A stretch of DNA of 63,640 nucleotides, the filler included, from Choristocarpus tenellus KU-1152 (lineage: Eukaryota > Protista > Phaeophyceae): NCBI GenBank assembly GCA_964200185.2. It is 11 parts of 11 records of this genome, joined end to end, with 100 filler letters (N's around TTAATTAATTAA, not from the genome) between each part and the next. Parts side by side here need not be neighbours in the genome. Positions count along the whole stretch, not along the records: positions 34,601 to 39,166 come from CAXNAD020013986.1; positions 39,267 to 46,441 come from CAXNAD020006579.1; positions 46,542 to 56,075 come from CAXNAD020003598.1; 8 more parts are not named here. One strand, written 5' to 3'. Positions 35,778 through 48,872 of the stretch are shown here, one piece after another. The first letter of the stretch is position 1, and each line of letters opens with the position of its first letter. The translations under genes and the position numbers were made by a program. Below the pieces are notes generated by a model, which was not told where the DNA came from, did no database searches, and was given only the letters and a program-made list of their open reading frames with translations.

Positions 35778-38700
35778 CTAGTCCTTCCTTGCCCCTGGCC
35801 CAGGTTGCTCCTCTCCCTCTGTAGGCTCCTCTACACGTTTTGCAATGCTGCTGAGGGTGCCCTCTTCCCACCACCCCAGAGATGAATCTCCCCCTTCTTC
35901 CCCTTCTTCTCCTTCCCCCTCTCCCAGCCCCCCCCCTCCAACTTCGACAACATTCAAAGCACCCTTGTGCAGGGGACCAAGGCTACCCACATCAAGTCTT
36001 CTGCTGTTGTCAATGCCTGTCAATAGCCTTGCAATCTCATCACTCCTGCAGCCTGCAATATCACCATCACTCTCCTGTTGCTTGTGTTGTGACCCGAGAT
36101 CACTGTCTTTGTCCTCCAGGACTCTTCCTCTAGAATCCCTTGAGCAATTTTCTCCCTCTGCTAATGTCCCACATCCACCAGCTGTTCCTGTAGATATCAC
36201 TGCCACACCTGCTCCAGCCAATGGAGCACTTCCAAAATCTTCAACCATCTTTCCCATCGATCCCACAACTTCATCTCCCCTTTCTCCATCATTGTGCTCA
36301 CCATCTTGGGCACTAATTCCACAGGGTCTAGCCAGCAGACTACTGAGGTCATCGGCAATCCAGTCAATGAGTTCAACACCATCCTTCCCACCTCTCTCAT
36401 CATCTGCTGTTTCTTCAAGGGTCTCCCACCCAAAAGGCACGCCAGAATCTGGGTCAGAATCATCACCCTCACGTGCAATTCTCCCCTTTCCACTCATAGC
36501 CTTTCCACTCATAGCCTCGTGAAAAACACTAGCATCTTTCTCCTTGCTCACTCCTCCCTTCTGCTCCCCTTCCTCCTCACCTTTCCTCACCGGGTCCCCT
36601 CCCCAAAGCCCCAACCTAGTGGAATGCAACAGTGAACCACCCCCCAATGTCTTCCTCTCCCCTTCACCCCTTTGAAGGGAGGGGGAGGAGGAAACACTGT
36701 CAACCTCCTCCCACTGACTCTCCTTCACTGTATGTGTGTGGGGTGGTCCAAAGTCTCCAAGCCACCCTGCATGTGCCCTAGTGGCATTGGCAACACCAGT
36801 GCTAGTTTCAGACTGATTGGTGCCGCCATTCACCTCCTGTCTCCTTGTATACATCCCTAGCAAACTTGGTGGTCTCTTGATCTGTTTGACTGTTTCAGAC
36901 TCGAATTTGTCGAAATTGTCGAATTTGTCGAATTTTCTCCCACCGCTGCCACTGTGGCCTCCTGGACCTCTGCTGACGCCACTGCCGGTGGTAGGGATCT
37001 CAATTTGTTGTGATTGTTGTGATTGTTGTGACGACAATTGCTTGTCAATTGACAATTGCTTGTTGGAGGGCACTCGGTTCATGTCCCTGGGTGACAAGGG
37101 GCGACTGCTTGTATGGGTAGTGGGGACACTGACGCCAAGGGTGGTGGGATCAAGGTCGAGGCCATAGTTCAAGTAGCTGCTGTTTCCATTGAAGCTTGGA
37201 CAAACTTGCTCATCTTCTTGATCGTCCTCTGGGTTGTAGAACCTGGGTAGGAGGTCGTACAGGGAATGGGGGCAGGCAAGTATATGTTGAAGAAATTGCA
37301 TTGTGTGTGTGTGTACTCTGGAATATATATATATATATTAATATATACTTGTGCAATATTGAGTGCAGTTGCAATATGGTTAATAAAACTAAACTGCACC
37401 ATTGTTTGGTGTTTACACAATAGCCTATCTTAAACCATGAAAAAGGTCAACTATTGACAAGGGCAGGAAGAGGGCGCTATTTCAACAACGCTTCATTTTT
37501 TAATGTCTTCATCCCTCCTCTGTCATGCAAGCAAAAGACTAAAATACATTACCACCAACCTCGTTGCTCTGAAGTGGAGAACCCTACAGAGCTCTCCTGC
37601 TTGGTTAGCTAGCAATACTGGTGCATTACAAAGTAGCTTGACATGAACATACAACTGAGGATTCTGACAAAGTTTCACTTCCAGAGTTTGTACAAAACTC
37701 AGACCTGCATATTAAGCTGCAGAGCATAATCTCTAGATAGATCGGAGAAATGAATCACTCCCAATCAGTGCTGTGCTGTACATGCCAGGATTTCAGGACT
37801 TTGCAATAGGGTATTCATTGAATTCATAGTAATAGGGTATTCCCTACCCAACAAATCCAAAAATTGGTATTGAATTTTAAAACTGGTTTAATATTCATCA
37901 ACAGCGGCCCATTCCCTTATCATGCCTACTTTTCCAAATAGCACTGTAAGATAACCAAAAACTATACTAGGGTTGTGGCTTCTGCATTTGATACTTTTCC
38001 AAGTACATATTCGTAACCCTAACCCCAACGTATGGTACCCCCCCCCAAAAAACAAAAAAGTGTATTTAAAGGTTTGCTCTCTCACCACTTGCCCCCAGCA
38101 AGGTTTGACATCAGCTGGGATTCAAGGAAGGCGTCTGCAATGTCCATTGCATGCTCTCCATCAGTGTGTCCCCTGGATAGAGATGTGGTTATAGTAGAAT
38201 GGATTTTGAAGAAAAGCATCAGTGTTCTGATGAGTTTGAGCATATTTGTTTACAGTGCTCGCTTGTATTGTGTGCGTTGGTGTGCTAGATACCAATTGAT
38301 ACCCTCTGTTCAGAGGCACTTTTGTTCCACTCCATTGCACAACTTTGCTTGCTAGAGCCCTAGGCATACCTCTTGTGTCTTTCAAAAAAATAAAAAGGTA
38401 TCAATTGAGTCAAACACTTCAAATGATAAAATAACAACCCCTCCATCTAAGAACATTCACGGCTAGATCATATCGTAGTACAGGACAGGAAAGAGGATGA
38501 CAAGGGGTCTTTGTACAACAACTCCACCCCACAAAAAACGCCTAAACAACAATAAACCCTGTGTTTCAGCACTCCCCTGGAGTGTTTTTGAGGCTCTCAA
38601 CATAATCTTAAAAGAGAGAGGTGGGAGGATATATCTACCCCCTTCACTAAATCCCAAGCATGATCATAAAAAAAGCATTGCATCAGTGTGAGATTTGAAT

Positions 38701-38890
38701 CGCTGACTGATATGCTGAAAGTCAAGCGGGCCGTTGTAGAACCTGATTACCATATCATGTAAGAGGTGGCTCTCATCAAGCTCCCTCCCATGATCAGTTC
38801 CCTAACAAGAGGGCACACATCTCCCCCATTGTATTTTGTTTGTCTACCAGAGGCACAAAAGATACCTTTGAGGCGAGAGACTCTTTGATA
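35778..38890 (-). CDS. unidentified protein, 3 exons (partial): short globular-looking segment followed by a long disordered region
   Basis: Exons 38890-38751, 38172-38086 and 37242-35778 splice in frame with canonical sites (YQRVSRLKG...SYMI-W-GHTDGEHAMDIADAFLESQLMSNLAGGK-W-FYNPEDD...). Confidence 0.72.
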
Positions 38891-38974
38891 CTGAGAGGAG
38901 ATCAGTAACAAGTCTACACCAAAAGACTGCATAGTATAACAAGAGGGGCTTGATACCTTTCTTTTACGGTACCC

Positions 38975-39166
38975 AACACAAGACACCAACACAAGACACT
39001 AGCACAAGACACTAGCACAAGACACCAACACAAGACACTAACACAAGACACTAGCACAAGACACTAGCACAAGACACCAACACAAGACACTAACACAAGA
39101 CACTAGCACAAGACACTAACACAAGACACCAACACAAGACACTAACACAAGACACTAGCACAAGAC
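38975..39166. repeat. 12-bp minisatellite (cacaagacac[c/t]a[a/g]-type)
   Basis: About 16 tandem units running into the contig end. Confidence 0.93.
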
Positions 39167-39266
39167 NNNNNNNNNNNNNNNNNNNNNNNNNNNNNNNNNN
39201 NNNNNNNNNNTTAATTAATTAANNNNNNNNNNNNNNNNNNNNNNNNNNNNNNNNNNNNNNNNNNNN
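39167..39266. other. artificial contig-joining linker
   Basis: N44-TTAATTAATTAA-N44. Confidence 0.97.
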
Positions 39267-39499
39267 GGGGGGGAAACACACAGCTCTGAACAGCAGGGAG
39301 GTGTATGGGCTGTTACTTTTACTACAAAGTACTCCGCACATCACACAAGGAGGTAAGCACTACTCTTGAGTGCCGCAGATGCAGATGACCTACAGGATTG
39401 TGGTATATTCGGATTTAGGATTGAATAGCAAGGCCAACCCAACCTGCCCTTAGTCCAAATTTTCAGAAGAGAGAGAGAGGTCTGCCAGTTTCCTCGTAC

Positions 39500-42426
39500 C
39501 TGGAAGGTGGTTATCTACCGCAACACCAACCCCAAAGAGTACAGGATACACTTCAAACCGCCATTCCATGCCTGCAAACCACACAAGCAAGTGTTTTCAC
39601 CTGAAGGGGCTGGTAGAATCCTGCACTACTTTCCTCAGACTGACCCCGCAAACCCTTTCCATCCTTGGCTGTAGGCCTTGTCGCCTCAACTCCACCATCT
39701 ACTTCTTCCTTGATCTTGGTTCCAGTGTTAAATATCCTTGGTACCTCTTGGTGTTGCTTGTACTTAACATCAGGGTCGCTCTTTATCACAGGAGCAACCT
39801 CTGGTATTCCTCTTCCTCCAGTACTTGCCCGGACCTGCCCCCCAACACCTGTCTGAACTTTGAGTGTGGACGGCAGCAGGTGCTGAAGACTCTGCTCGCT
39901 CTCTTTCTTGCTGTTACAGTGCTTGCCCTTGCCAGATTGCGCTGACAAGTCTTTGCTGAACGATGTGCCTGCGGCAGTTACGCATTTCTGTACATCCCTT
40001 TCATTGCTTGCTACCAAAGTCAACCCTTGCTCTCCTCCAACCTTCACATCTGTGAACACTGCTGAACTGAGAGGGCTTACCCTGGTTTCCCAGAGGGCAT
40101 CATCATCAGCATCATCGTTATCACCTTTTGCTGAACTGAGTGGTGCATCACCATCAGTGATCTTCAATTGGGACATAGGCTCAGCACAGCAGAAGTCATC
40201 ATCTTCAATGTGAGGGCTAGTTGGGGCATCAAATGTCGTCTCAATGTTAGTCCTCTGCCTCAAGGGTAATCTTGTTTCTGCCATATTGGTTGGAGGACTG
40301 TAGCCATGTGCTGAACTGAGTGAGCAGTCAGCATTGTCGTGGAGGTCATAGCCACTACTTCGGCACACTACCTCAGGGGATTCTATACTGGTTGTGCTCC
40401 CCTCGGTGGAGTCATCAGAAAATAGACCATCCCTCTCGGATTGATCTTCTTTGTCCTTGTCCGCTGTCCCCTCTGACACTTGACTGGTATACCCCCAGTC
40501 CAAGAGAGTTGTGTCAAGGTTGACATCATCCATCTGTCTGCGGGTTACTGGCCCCATATCATCATGACTTGAGCTCTGTCCGTTAATGCCCAGTCTCCTT
40601 TCAGGTGTGCTTTGCTCTTTGTGCCTGTCAACACAACTACTGACAGCGCCGCAGACCCATGCAGAGGGTGTGCTGCTGTCAGAATATGATGGTTGCCCCT
40701 CTTTTTGCAGTGGGTCCATGCCATTTCGACTGGGGTCCAATCCACAATTCAGGTTAAGTGCACCAAGGTCTACACTCAAGATGCTCTCAGGACTCAAAGA
40801 TATTCCAAACGCATCTCGAATTTGCCTTTCACTGTCGCCCCTGGATGTCCATCTCTGTCCTTCCTCTGTCACCCTCTCAATTGTCGGCAATTGGAGCGTG
40901 CTCCCTTGCTCCTTATATTTGATTTCAGCACTAAAGCTTTCACCACCCACTCGGTTCGTCACTGGGTCTGTGGAGGAGTCTTCTCGATCTTGGGTTCTTT
41001 CCCGCTGCGTTGGGAGGCAATGCTGGACACACCTGGTTGCTTCAGGAAGGGTTGACTCCTGTGGAGGTGATCTCGGGGAGGTCAATGCTGTTGGGATTCC
41101 TGGTATCACAGGGTGTTGCAGATGTGGGCCGGTGCTATGCCTCAATGAAGCACTGCCCTCATTCTTTCGGGCCCATTTTGTGCATTCGCTGTCACCATCT
41201 ATGTCCATGCTGGTTGCTCTGTTTGGGATTCTGGAGTCACTTTCAGGGGACACCGCACACTGGTCTGCCAGGTTCTTTTCTACTGAGACAGCTACCACAG
41301 CATCGATCTTCTCTGAGGCATTCTTGCAAGATTGAATAGTCCCGTCTGATTGAACTGCATTCCTGGTGCATCCTAAAACCCTATCTTCCGTCCAACTTCT
41401 CGAGGTCGGTGGTGAGTGTGAGGGAAGACCAATTTGCTCAAGGATTGCACCGCAGTCAGCATTATCCACCATCACCACCTTTTCACCATTTGATGCTGGG
41501 TCAACAGGCGTCTCCTTGACCCCATAATCCTCTGGGGTCTGTAGATGTTTAGGAACAGCACACGAAACTGCAACCTGGCCTGCTATGTCATAGATCTTGT
41601 TGTGGCATCCGCTCGACACTACAGCCTCGAAGCATTCTGGCCCAACATCCTTCAGAGTGGAGCGTAACAGTGGTGTGATAATTCCCTGCAACAGGTCAGT
41701 TTCCACGTTGGCTTCATTCTTCTCCTCTTGTGAGGAGCAGAAGCTGGTCTGAGTTGGAGAGGGTTTGACGTTCTCATGAAGAGTACACGTGCAGTTGACT
41801 GCATTGTCACAGCAAAAAACACCACCATCAGGCGGGTAAGGGGGTGTACCAGAAAGAACCTCTTGTGCAAATGGTATTGGCGTCGATGCGGTATTGGCAA
41901 CGTGAAACTGGTTCACATTGGGTGACCTGATATTGGGGAAGGGTAGTGGTGAGGGAGACAAGAGTCGCGGCCCCCTTGGTTACGAGGAGGTCGATGCAGA
42001 TGGTATTGGCATGATTCCAGTCTTTGTACTAACAATCCACTGATATCCACACCTTGCATGCCCAGCTCTGGCTACAAGGTCAAGATCACATTTCTTTCCT
42101 TGTTGCCCAAGCCTTGGGCTATGCTTGTAGTCGTTCCGCCTTGACAATGTTTGGGGTAGAAGCTGCTTTCTGCCTCGAGTCCTCCCAACAACATGCCCCG
42201 CTGATGATACCTTCGCCATGACCTCATCCAGCAGCAAAAAATCACGAACACGCATAGCTGTATCAGTGTCACTGCGCGCAGGATCAGATGAGGCACTTGT
42301 CCTGGCATCGACAAATTTAGCCCAGTCTCTACGGTACTGTTGCTCGTGACTAATTGATTCGCTTGGCGATAGCGGAAGGTCATGGAGGTTAGTAAAATCT
42401 TCAATCAAGTCAGCTGGACTCCCCAT
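39500..42426 (-). CDS. large S/D/P-rich, probably disordered protein of unknown function (5' part)
   Basis: ATG 42426; exon 1 42426-42053; a 78-nt intron (gtgtgg...ccaag) removes the single in-frame stop; exon 2 41974-39601 (about 790 codons); candidate 15-nt exon 39514-39500. Confidence 0.72.
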
Positions 42427-42728
42427 TCTTCACCCTAACTGCTTTGGTGGGGACTTGACCCATTCAAATTCCACACTTAACTGTCTTTAATGTGGTTTAT
42501 TTGAGACATTTTTTGAACGAAGTTCCTCGCGCGCTCGTGCTTCCTAGTTTCTTCACATATTTATCTCCTTTCAGGAGTTGTACACACCAAGTTGTGCACA
42601 CCACAACAGATTAAAGGACTCTTCTGGTCTCCAGGCCTCTACATTGGGGCAGGACTGTAATGGTTAGCACTACCTCCCATCATGTACCATGAAACACTTT
42701 GAAATGTAGACCAGTATGCTCCACAGCG
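42427..42728. promoter_or_regulatory. putative bidirectional promoter / 5' UTR region
   Basis: 302 bp between divergent ATGs at 42426 (-) and 42729 (+). Confidence 0.45.
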
Positions 42729-45700
42729 ATGCCAAACGCTGAAACAAATGCCTTCTTCACCATCCAGGAATCGGGTGGCGAGGCAAATGGTACCCCAACT
42801 ACTTCTCCCCCTCGCAAGACTAGGAGAATTGGTACATACGATAAGCCTAGGCGGGTAAAGGGCGAGGCGAAGCGTAGGCGGAGAGAGGAGGACCTGGCTC
42901 ATGCACTGGAAAACTGCGAGTACTACACCGATTCACAAGGTACACAACTATTTTGGCTACGCAATGCAATTCAACCTCACATCTTATCAAGTCGCACGGC
43001 AGATTAGGATCCACATGACCTTGACCCCCAGGTGAGGTACGGGTTTATGCTTTGTATCACACCATTTGGTTGACAAGTCAGAGTGTGGAAGGCCTCATGT
43101 CTTACATTTTTCCCGTCCATACTTTGTATTGTCCTACTACTTTCTCCAGGACTTCGGCGCGTGAAGCCGTACATTTACGAATTCAAGACACACGCTAAGG
43201 AGCGATGGTTTGGGAAATCAATTATCGACGTGTTCGGTGAGATAAGTCTCCCCCTCTTGCCAAGAGCTAATACATCTCGTAGTCATACTATGGTGGGCCT
43301 TGCAGCACCCACATTGCAATGTACTGTTTCTTTCTCTCTGTTGACGACTTATGACGTATTGCCAGATTCTTTTAGTGAAGTCCGACACATCCGAGCTTGT
43401 TTTCCCTTTAAATATCATGTAGGATTCCGATCCTGACGTTGGGGCGTGGATACCACCAAGAGATGCGACAATCAGCAAATGCCTGTTCTCGCACTGTCGT
43501 GCTTCATGTTGCCACCCATTGTAATTTTTGACCCTTGGTTACCTGTACAGTAACTAGATATGTGAACAAATTCCATTCCACAATGGTGGGCAGTGTACAT
43601 CAGATCGACTGTGGTTGCCACCCAAAGGTTCTGTTTCTCCAACATTCCGCAGGACATTCACCAACCCGTCCTGGCTTGTGGTCTGATCTCGCTGTCTGAC
43701 TATCTAGGCAAGGAGTTTGGTGTCAACTCCCGAAGTCACTACGAGTCTGCAATCCGAGCTGGTAACCTCACTGTCAATGGAAAGAAAGTCGAACCAAACT
43801 ATCTGCTCAAGAATGCAGACTTAGTGTGTAACAGGTGACATGACATAAAGTACCCTGACAAGAACATTTTTCTCCCTCTCTACCATCTTGTGAAACTGAC
43901 GAAAATTGTTTGCTGTGTTTTTTCCTTTGTAATTTGCTCATACTGCAATAATCCAATATCTGTTCATGGTATGTATATACTAGACATTCACACTAAGCCA
44001 TATATTATCTGTTCATGGTGTGTATATACTAGACATTCACACTAAGCCATATATTATCCTCTGCCAACGCACATAGTAGATGATCTTAACCACTCTAGTC
44101 TACCTAGCCTTGACCCAAGACTGTGGCGGCAATGTCCTGCACTGGAACTCCTTCAGATGGTATTATTTAAATCATGCTCCCTATTTATTTTGAAGTGTTG
44201 GAGTGTTGAGGGGTTGAATTGAGTGCAGCGGTGGGAAAAAGATTGGTTGCCAAACACAAATCCTTGTGGTTAATTGACATAGGCTTCGGATGTATGTCGC
44301 TGGCCCGTTTTTCCTACAGGATGCATCGGCATGAGCCGCCTGTTTTAGGAGGTGAAATTGTAATAGTTTCAGAGACACCATCCGAGGTGGTGATCGACAA
44401 GCCATCCACCATTCCTGTGCATCCATGTGGCTCTTACAGGTCAAGGATGATGTTATGGTTAATTTTTCAGTGCTCGCATTTAGGTTGGACTTTCAGAGGA
44501 TTCATTACCTTGAAAAACAATTGCTGCTCGCACTGTGTACAATATTGGAGTCACAGCGGTGCTGTTTCCTGCTATTGCTACTAAAGCTTCTTACACCCTC
44601 TTGATAACAGTGAGACCAACTCAACAGTATGTGATGTAATGCCAAGTGAAACTATCTTAGGTTTAGGGTACGAGTTTTGCCCTGTTTGTCCATTTGGCGC
44701 TTGACTTCCCATGGGGTTTTTTGTGACATTTTCCTACTCCAAAATATTTCAGAGTCGGTAAAAAAGGAAACGCTATGAAGAGGTGTGTCCGAAACATGGA
44801 TATTGACACTTCCTAACAAACACGATAGCTAGAATTACATCAAAATCACAACATTGGATTTTGGCCCCCAAATGGACGCGGCTCTACCCTCTAAGATACT
44901 TTGACTCTGCCTTGACTGCTAGAGCATCTGGGCCTGCTGTGTTGAGTGAATGACTAAGCAATTCATTGTTGCTGTCTTACCACTCTCTGTGCATTTCATA
45001 TATTGCCATATAACACACACACACACACACACACACAGATTCAACAGTCTTTTTTACATCCTGCAGCGGCAACGACCAGAGCTCAAACTGCGTGTCTGCC
45101 ACCGCCTAGACCGCCTTACCTCTGGAGTGACAATCCTTGCTAAGACGCAGGAGAGGGCCAGTGAGATTCAGTCACAGATAGGTGAATATTGAAGAATTGA
45201 ATCTTCACTTTCTGCTCTTTGTTAAATGTCGTATGCCTTGATCCTCCGGAGGTAAAAGCTTGTGGTTGTCTTTTCTGTTTTTTGAAGGTTAGTACTTCCC
45301 GATATGTATATTTTTAATCTCTCTGTTGGTGAGATGCCTTTGATCTCTTGTGAACATTTTTGAAAGCAGCAGCTCTAAAGTTTTTGATCAAGTTTTTGAT
45401 GAGTACGATGTGGCACACGTTGTTGTTCTCGATGCTGGAGAGTTTATTTTTTATTATTATTATATTTTTTTTACCGGCTCTTTTTCCTCCCCCAAAATGC
45501 GCCAGTGCTCGATACAATACAAGCCTCCTAATATTTTGGCACTCCTCGGGCCCACGCGACACGTGCACGCAGGGGCTGGGTCGACCCGTAAGTTGTACCT
45601 TGCTCGTGTGTGCGGTGATTTTGGTAAGCAGCTGCCTTCTGATCGGTGCTGGTCGGGGGGTTCTGCCAACACCCTGCCAGGCGTAGCCACATTGGGTGGG

Positions 45701-46389
45701 AACACTGTCGAAAGCCGGGGCAAGGAGGGAAAGGGTAATTGTAAAGGGCAAGAGCGTGCTTCAGGCGCTGTCAGTTCAGAAGTGTTGCTGCTGACTGGGA
45801 AGGCGCGATCTGGTGGGGCCCACAAGGAAGACTTGTCCGGCATGTGGTGGAAGCAGGTGGATGGAGCAGGAGAGGGAGGTACATCCCCCAGCTTCTTGGT
45901 GAATTGCCCGATTGGTGTGGTGGACCCCAAGGATGGTGTTTATGAGTGCAGTCGTAACGGGAAAGTTTCTCAGACGGTGAGAGGCAAGTCTTGTATTGTA
46001 TTCTTGGAGGGGGGGGGGGCGGGGGCGGCGTCAAAGGTTGCTTTTTGCCAGAGCATGAGCATGGGATCTGTTTTGTTTTTTTTCAACTTGGTGGGGTGCT
46101 GCTAGGCAGGAAGGAACAAACCCTAGGAGTAGATGACCCCTTGCTCTCTCACTGCGCCTCCTTCAGTGGCGAAGGAGGTTGGTTGATGAGATGGTGTTGA
46201 TGCTGGCCGGCTTTGAGGCAACTCTGGCGATGCCCCTCTCTTGCCCACGCCTATGCTCGCTGTGTGAAATCTCGAACAATTAACCTCAAGGTGTTCCGAA
46301 AGGTGGAGTATGATCAACGGAGCAATACTTCTGTGGTGGAGTGCCGCCCTGTGCATGGACGTACCCATCAGATTCGCCTTCACCTCCAG
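42729..46389 (+). CDS. RPUSD2: RluA-family RNA pseudouridine synthase (RPUSD2 / yeast Rib2-Pus9-like), 7 exons, 3' end missing
   Basis: Exons 42729-42939, 43150-43236, 43708-43834, 44320-44439, 45039-45181, 45573-45976 and 46291-46389 all splice in frame; [21 protein letters not shown]4-like segment, HRHEPPV, motif [13 protein letters not shown], catalytic [14 protein letters not shown], motif [13 protein letters not shown]. Confidence 0.93.
43957..44059. repeat. intronic tandem duplication (2 x about 49 bp)
   Basis: tatctgttcatggt.tgtatatactagacattcacactaagccatatat repeated twice. Confidence 0.88.
44644..44907 (+). mobile_element. MITE family A in RPUSD2 intron 4
   Basis: TIRs aagtgaaactatcttag.. 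/ taccctctaagatactttgactc; perfect 4-bp TSD tgcc. Confidence 0.9.
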
Positions 46390-46441
46390 GTGATTGATTC
46401 CATCTGAGAACACAACACGGGGGGGGGGGGAGACAAAAGAA

Positions 46442-46541
46442 NNNNNNNNNNNNNNNNNNNNNNNNNNNNNNNNNNNNNNNNNNNNTTAATTAATTAANNN
46501 NNNNNNNNNNNNNNNNNNNNNNNNNNNNNNNNNNNNNNNNN
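46442..46541. other. artificial contig-joining linker
   Basis: N44-TTAATTAATTAA-N44. Confidence 0.97.
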
Positions 46542-46888
46542 TGGATAATGTAAATACACATTTCCTGATTTTGGTCCAAATGGACACCCTGGTGTAGACC
46601 CTCCGAGCCAAAGTATCTTAGAGGGTAGACGCGTCTATTTGGGGGCCAAAATCCAATGATGCGATTTCAATGTAATTTTTGCTTTAATGTTTGTGAGGAA
46701 GTGTCATTATCCTTGTTCCGGACACACCTTTTCATAACTTATACACTTTACCTACTCCAAAATATTTTGGAGTAGGAAAATGTCATGAAACCCCTGAGGG
46801 AAGCCAAGCCCCAAATGGATAAACAGGGCAAAACTCATACCCTCTAAGATACTTTCATTCCTCCCCCCACCCCCAGATGCTTTGGGTC
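46542..46888 (+). mobile_element. MITE family B right part, interrupted by a family A copy
   Basis: tggataatgtaaatacacatttcctg...ggacaccctggtgtagacc [insertion] ccccacccccagatgctttgggtc. Confidence 0.8.
46605..46860 (-). mobile_element. MITE family A nested in a family B MITE
   Basis: TIRs gagccaaagtatcttagagggta / taccctctaagatactttcattc; perfect TSD ctcc. Confidence 0.9.
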
Positions 46889-46915
46889 CATCTATGGAGT
46901 GCATATTTGTCTGGT

Positions 46916-47171
46916 GAGCGGAAGCATCTTGGAGAATATAGAGCCGCGTCCATTTGGGGCCCAAAATGTTGCGATTTTAATGTAATTCTGGCTATCGTGT
47001 TTGTTAGGAAGTGTCAATATCCATGTTCTGGACACACCTTTTCATAACTTACACACTTTACCTACTCTTAAACATTTTGGAGTAGGAAAATGTCTTAAGA
47101 GAACCCATGGGAAGCCAAGCCCCAAATGGACAAACAGGGCAAAACTTGTACCCTCTAAGATACTTTCACTC
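46916..47171 (-). mobile_element. MITE family A
   Basis: TIRs gagcggaagcatcttggagaata / taccctctaagatactttcactc; perfect TSD tggt. Confidence 0.9.
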
Positions 47172-48872
47172 TGGTGTTGTTTTTGTGAGTTTAACAAGTT
47201 TGCAGAAGCCACTTATCCTTCTCGACGCACTTTTTCCCAAGTCCTTCATTTTCTGTAATCAAATCAGGAAAACCCCTCAAAGGTCAAAACGACCAAAGCA
47301 CACACTCCTCTCACTTCAAGGTTAATTTATTTCACTACCATGCAACCAACCAAGGGGGTCAGGCATGTTTAAGCGAATGTACTGAGAGAGTAGGAAGAAA
47401 AACGTCAACAATAGTAACAACAAAATCATATTAACAATGCAAAAACATTTGAGCATAATATCAATAATATTGGAGGTACACTGTTTACCAGAGCTTTGGA
47501 TCCCCATTACTATCATACATCAAACCAACGTTTTCCAGATGCTGTCAGTGGGGACAAAGACATTCAAACGTAGAACAGACTAAGCACATCGGAATCTGTA
47601 CCAACCCTCCCCCTACTGTGACACTCTTTTTGCCTTGCTTGCAACAAAGAACTTCCAACACAACAGTTCTTGTGTTATTTCCTACTTCAACAAGAATCAG
47701 ACAGTAGTGCAGCTGTTCTTTGAGCCTGAAACAACACTGTCGTACTAAGGCTCACCAGAACATTAATCATAGATGGGAGTGATGGAGTGGGATATTATTG
47801 GTAGACACATTAGCTAATGGCAGTACTGCTCGAGTTTTGTGTTAGAAGTTGCGTTGAATATTGTATTTAAGGCACAGCTTTGGCGCATTGTGTCTGTATC
47901 TGTACAAGTTACCATACGACAAAGTGTGTCATGTGCTTTAAGTTCAAGACTATAAGCTGGTGGGTGAGGCAGGGTCTGACTGACTCCTTGAGTTATATCC
48001 CTTGCTTCTAGACTGCCTTCATTGTGCCGGTCTAGGAGTAGTCTCAGCTACGTGTGCTAACGTATGTGTCTTATTTTCGCATATATTTCAACAAGTAATG
48101 GTTGTACAGCCTGGAAGTTGGCTGTTGATTATTGCCTTCAACTATAATACAACTAACGATGTCGTATTAAAAGATCTTTACTGTAGACAAGACACACTCT
48201 TCTGCGGATGTGTGTTCATTTTGTCCTCTGCAGTGGTATGTTGCTTCTCTTCCATCCCCTCCACGTGATACTGATTGAAAAAAATGTCAGTGGACAAAAA
48301 ACAATTTTGAAGATATTTCTACATGCTCTATCTTAACATGCTCCTGATAATGCTTGTCTTTAATCTCCTTTGGACTATAGCCTTTTACCCTGAACCTGAC
48401 CTGCATAGCCAATTTTCCACAATACCTGGTTGATCCTGCAGAGCCTGCCCTAGGAAATGACAGTCCTCCATTTGCTTGACCAACCCTAGGTCTCCACTGA
48501 ACTTCCTGATGGGGGATCTCGACAAATCCTTGGTTAAATGTGGCTCTGGAGCACCTGTTACAGAGTGTTACAGGTTTGCTTGTGAGCAACTGGATTTTGT
48601 TCCTGGTACAGTGAAGTCTTGGACCTGTGGGAGAACTGCACTACTGTGTGTATGCAATTATGCAGAGGTCAATGACTACAGGTTTGCGAAAATTTTAAAT
48701 ATCTTTGTTAACCTGTCAGAGGTTTGTGTTGCATGAGATTGCATAGAGAGGCAGGACGCTTGCTCTCCCCTTGAAACAGCTACACCAGCCCTAATGTAGT
48801 GTTCTGATGTTCACAAAGCATCTCCCTACAACTGTTCCTGTGAGCTACTCAGTCGATGACTGCAACCTTTGT

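Noticed and set aside
35845-36635. Plus-strand S/P-rich ORFs (also 40586-41335 and 58743-59075)
   Set aside because: Antisense shadows of real minus-strand low-complexity exons
47001-47325. Recurrent short ORFs such as [16 protein letters not shown]... (also 17686, 50954, 52142)
   Set aside because: Chance frames within MITE family A copies
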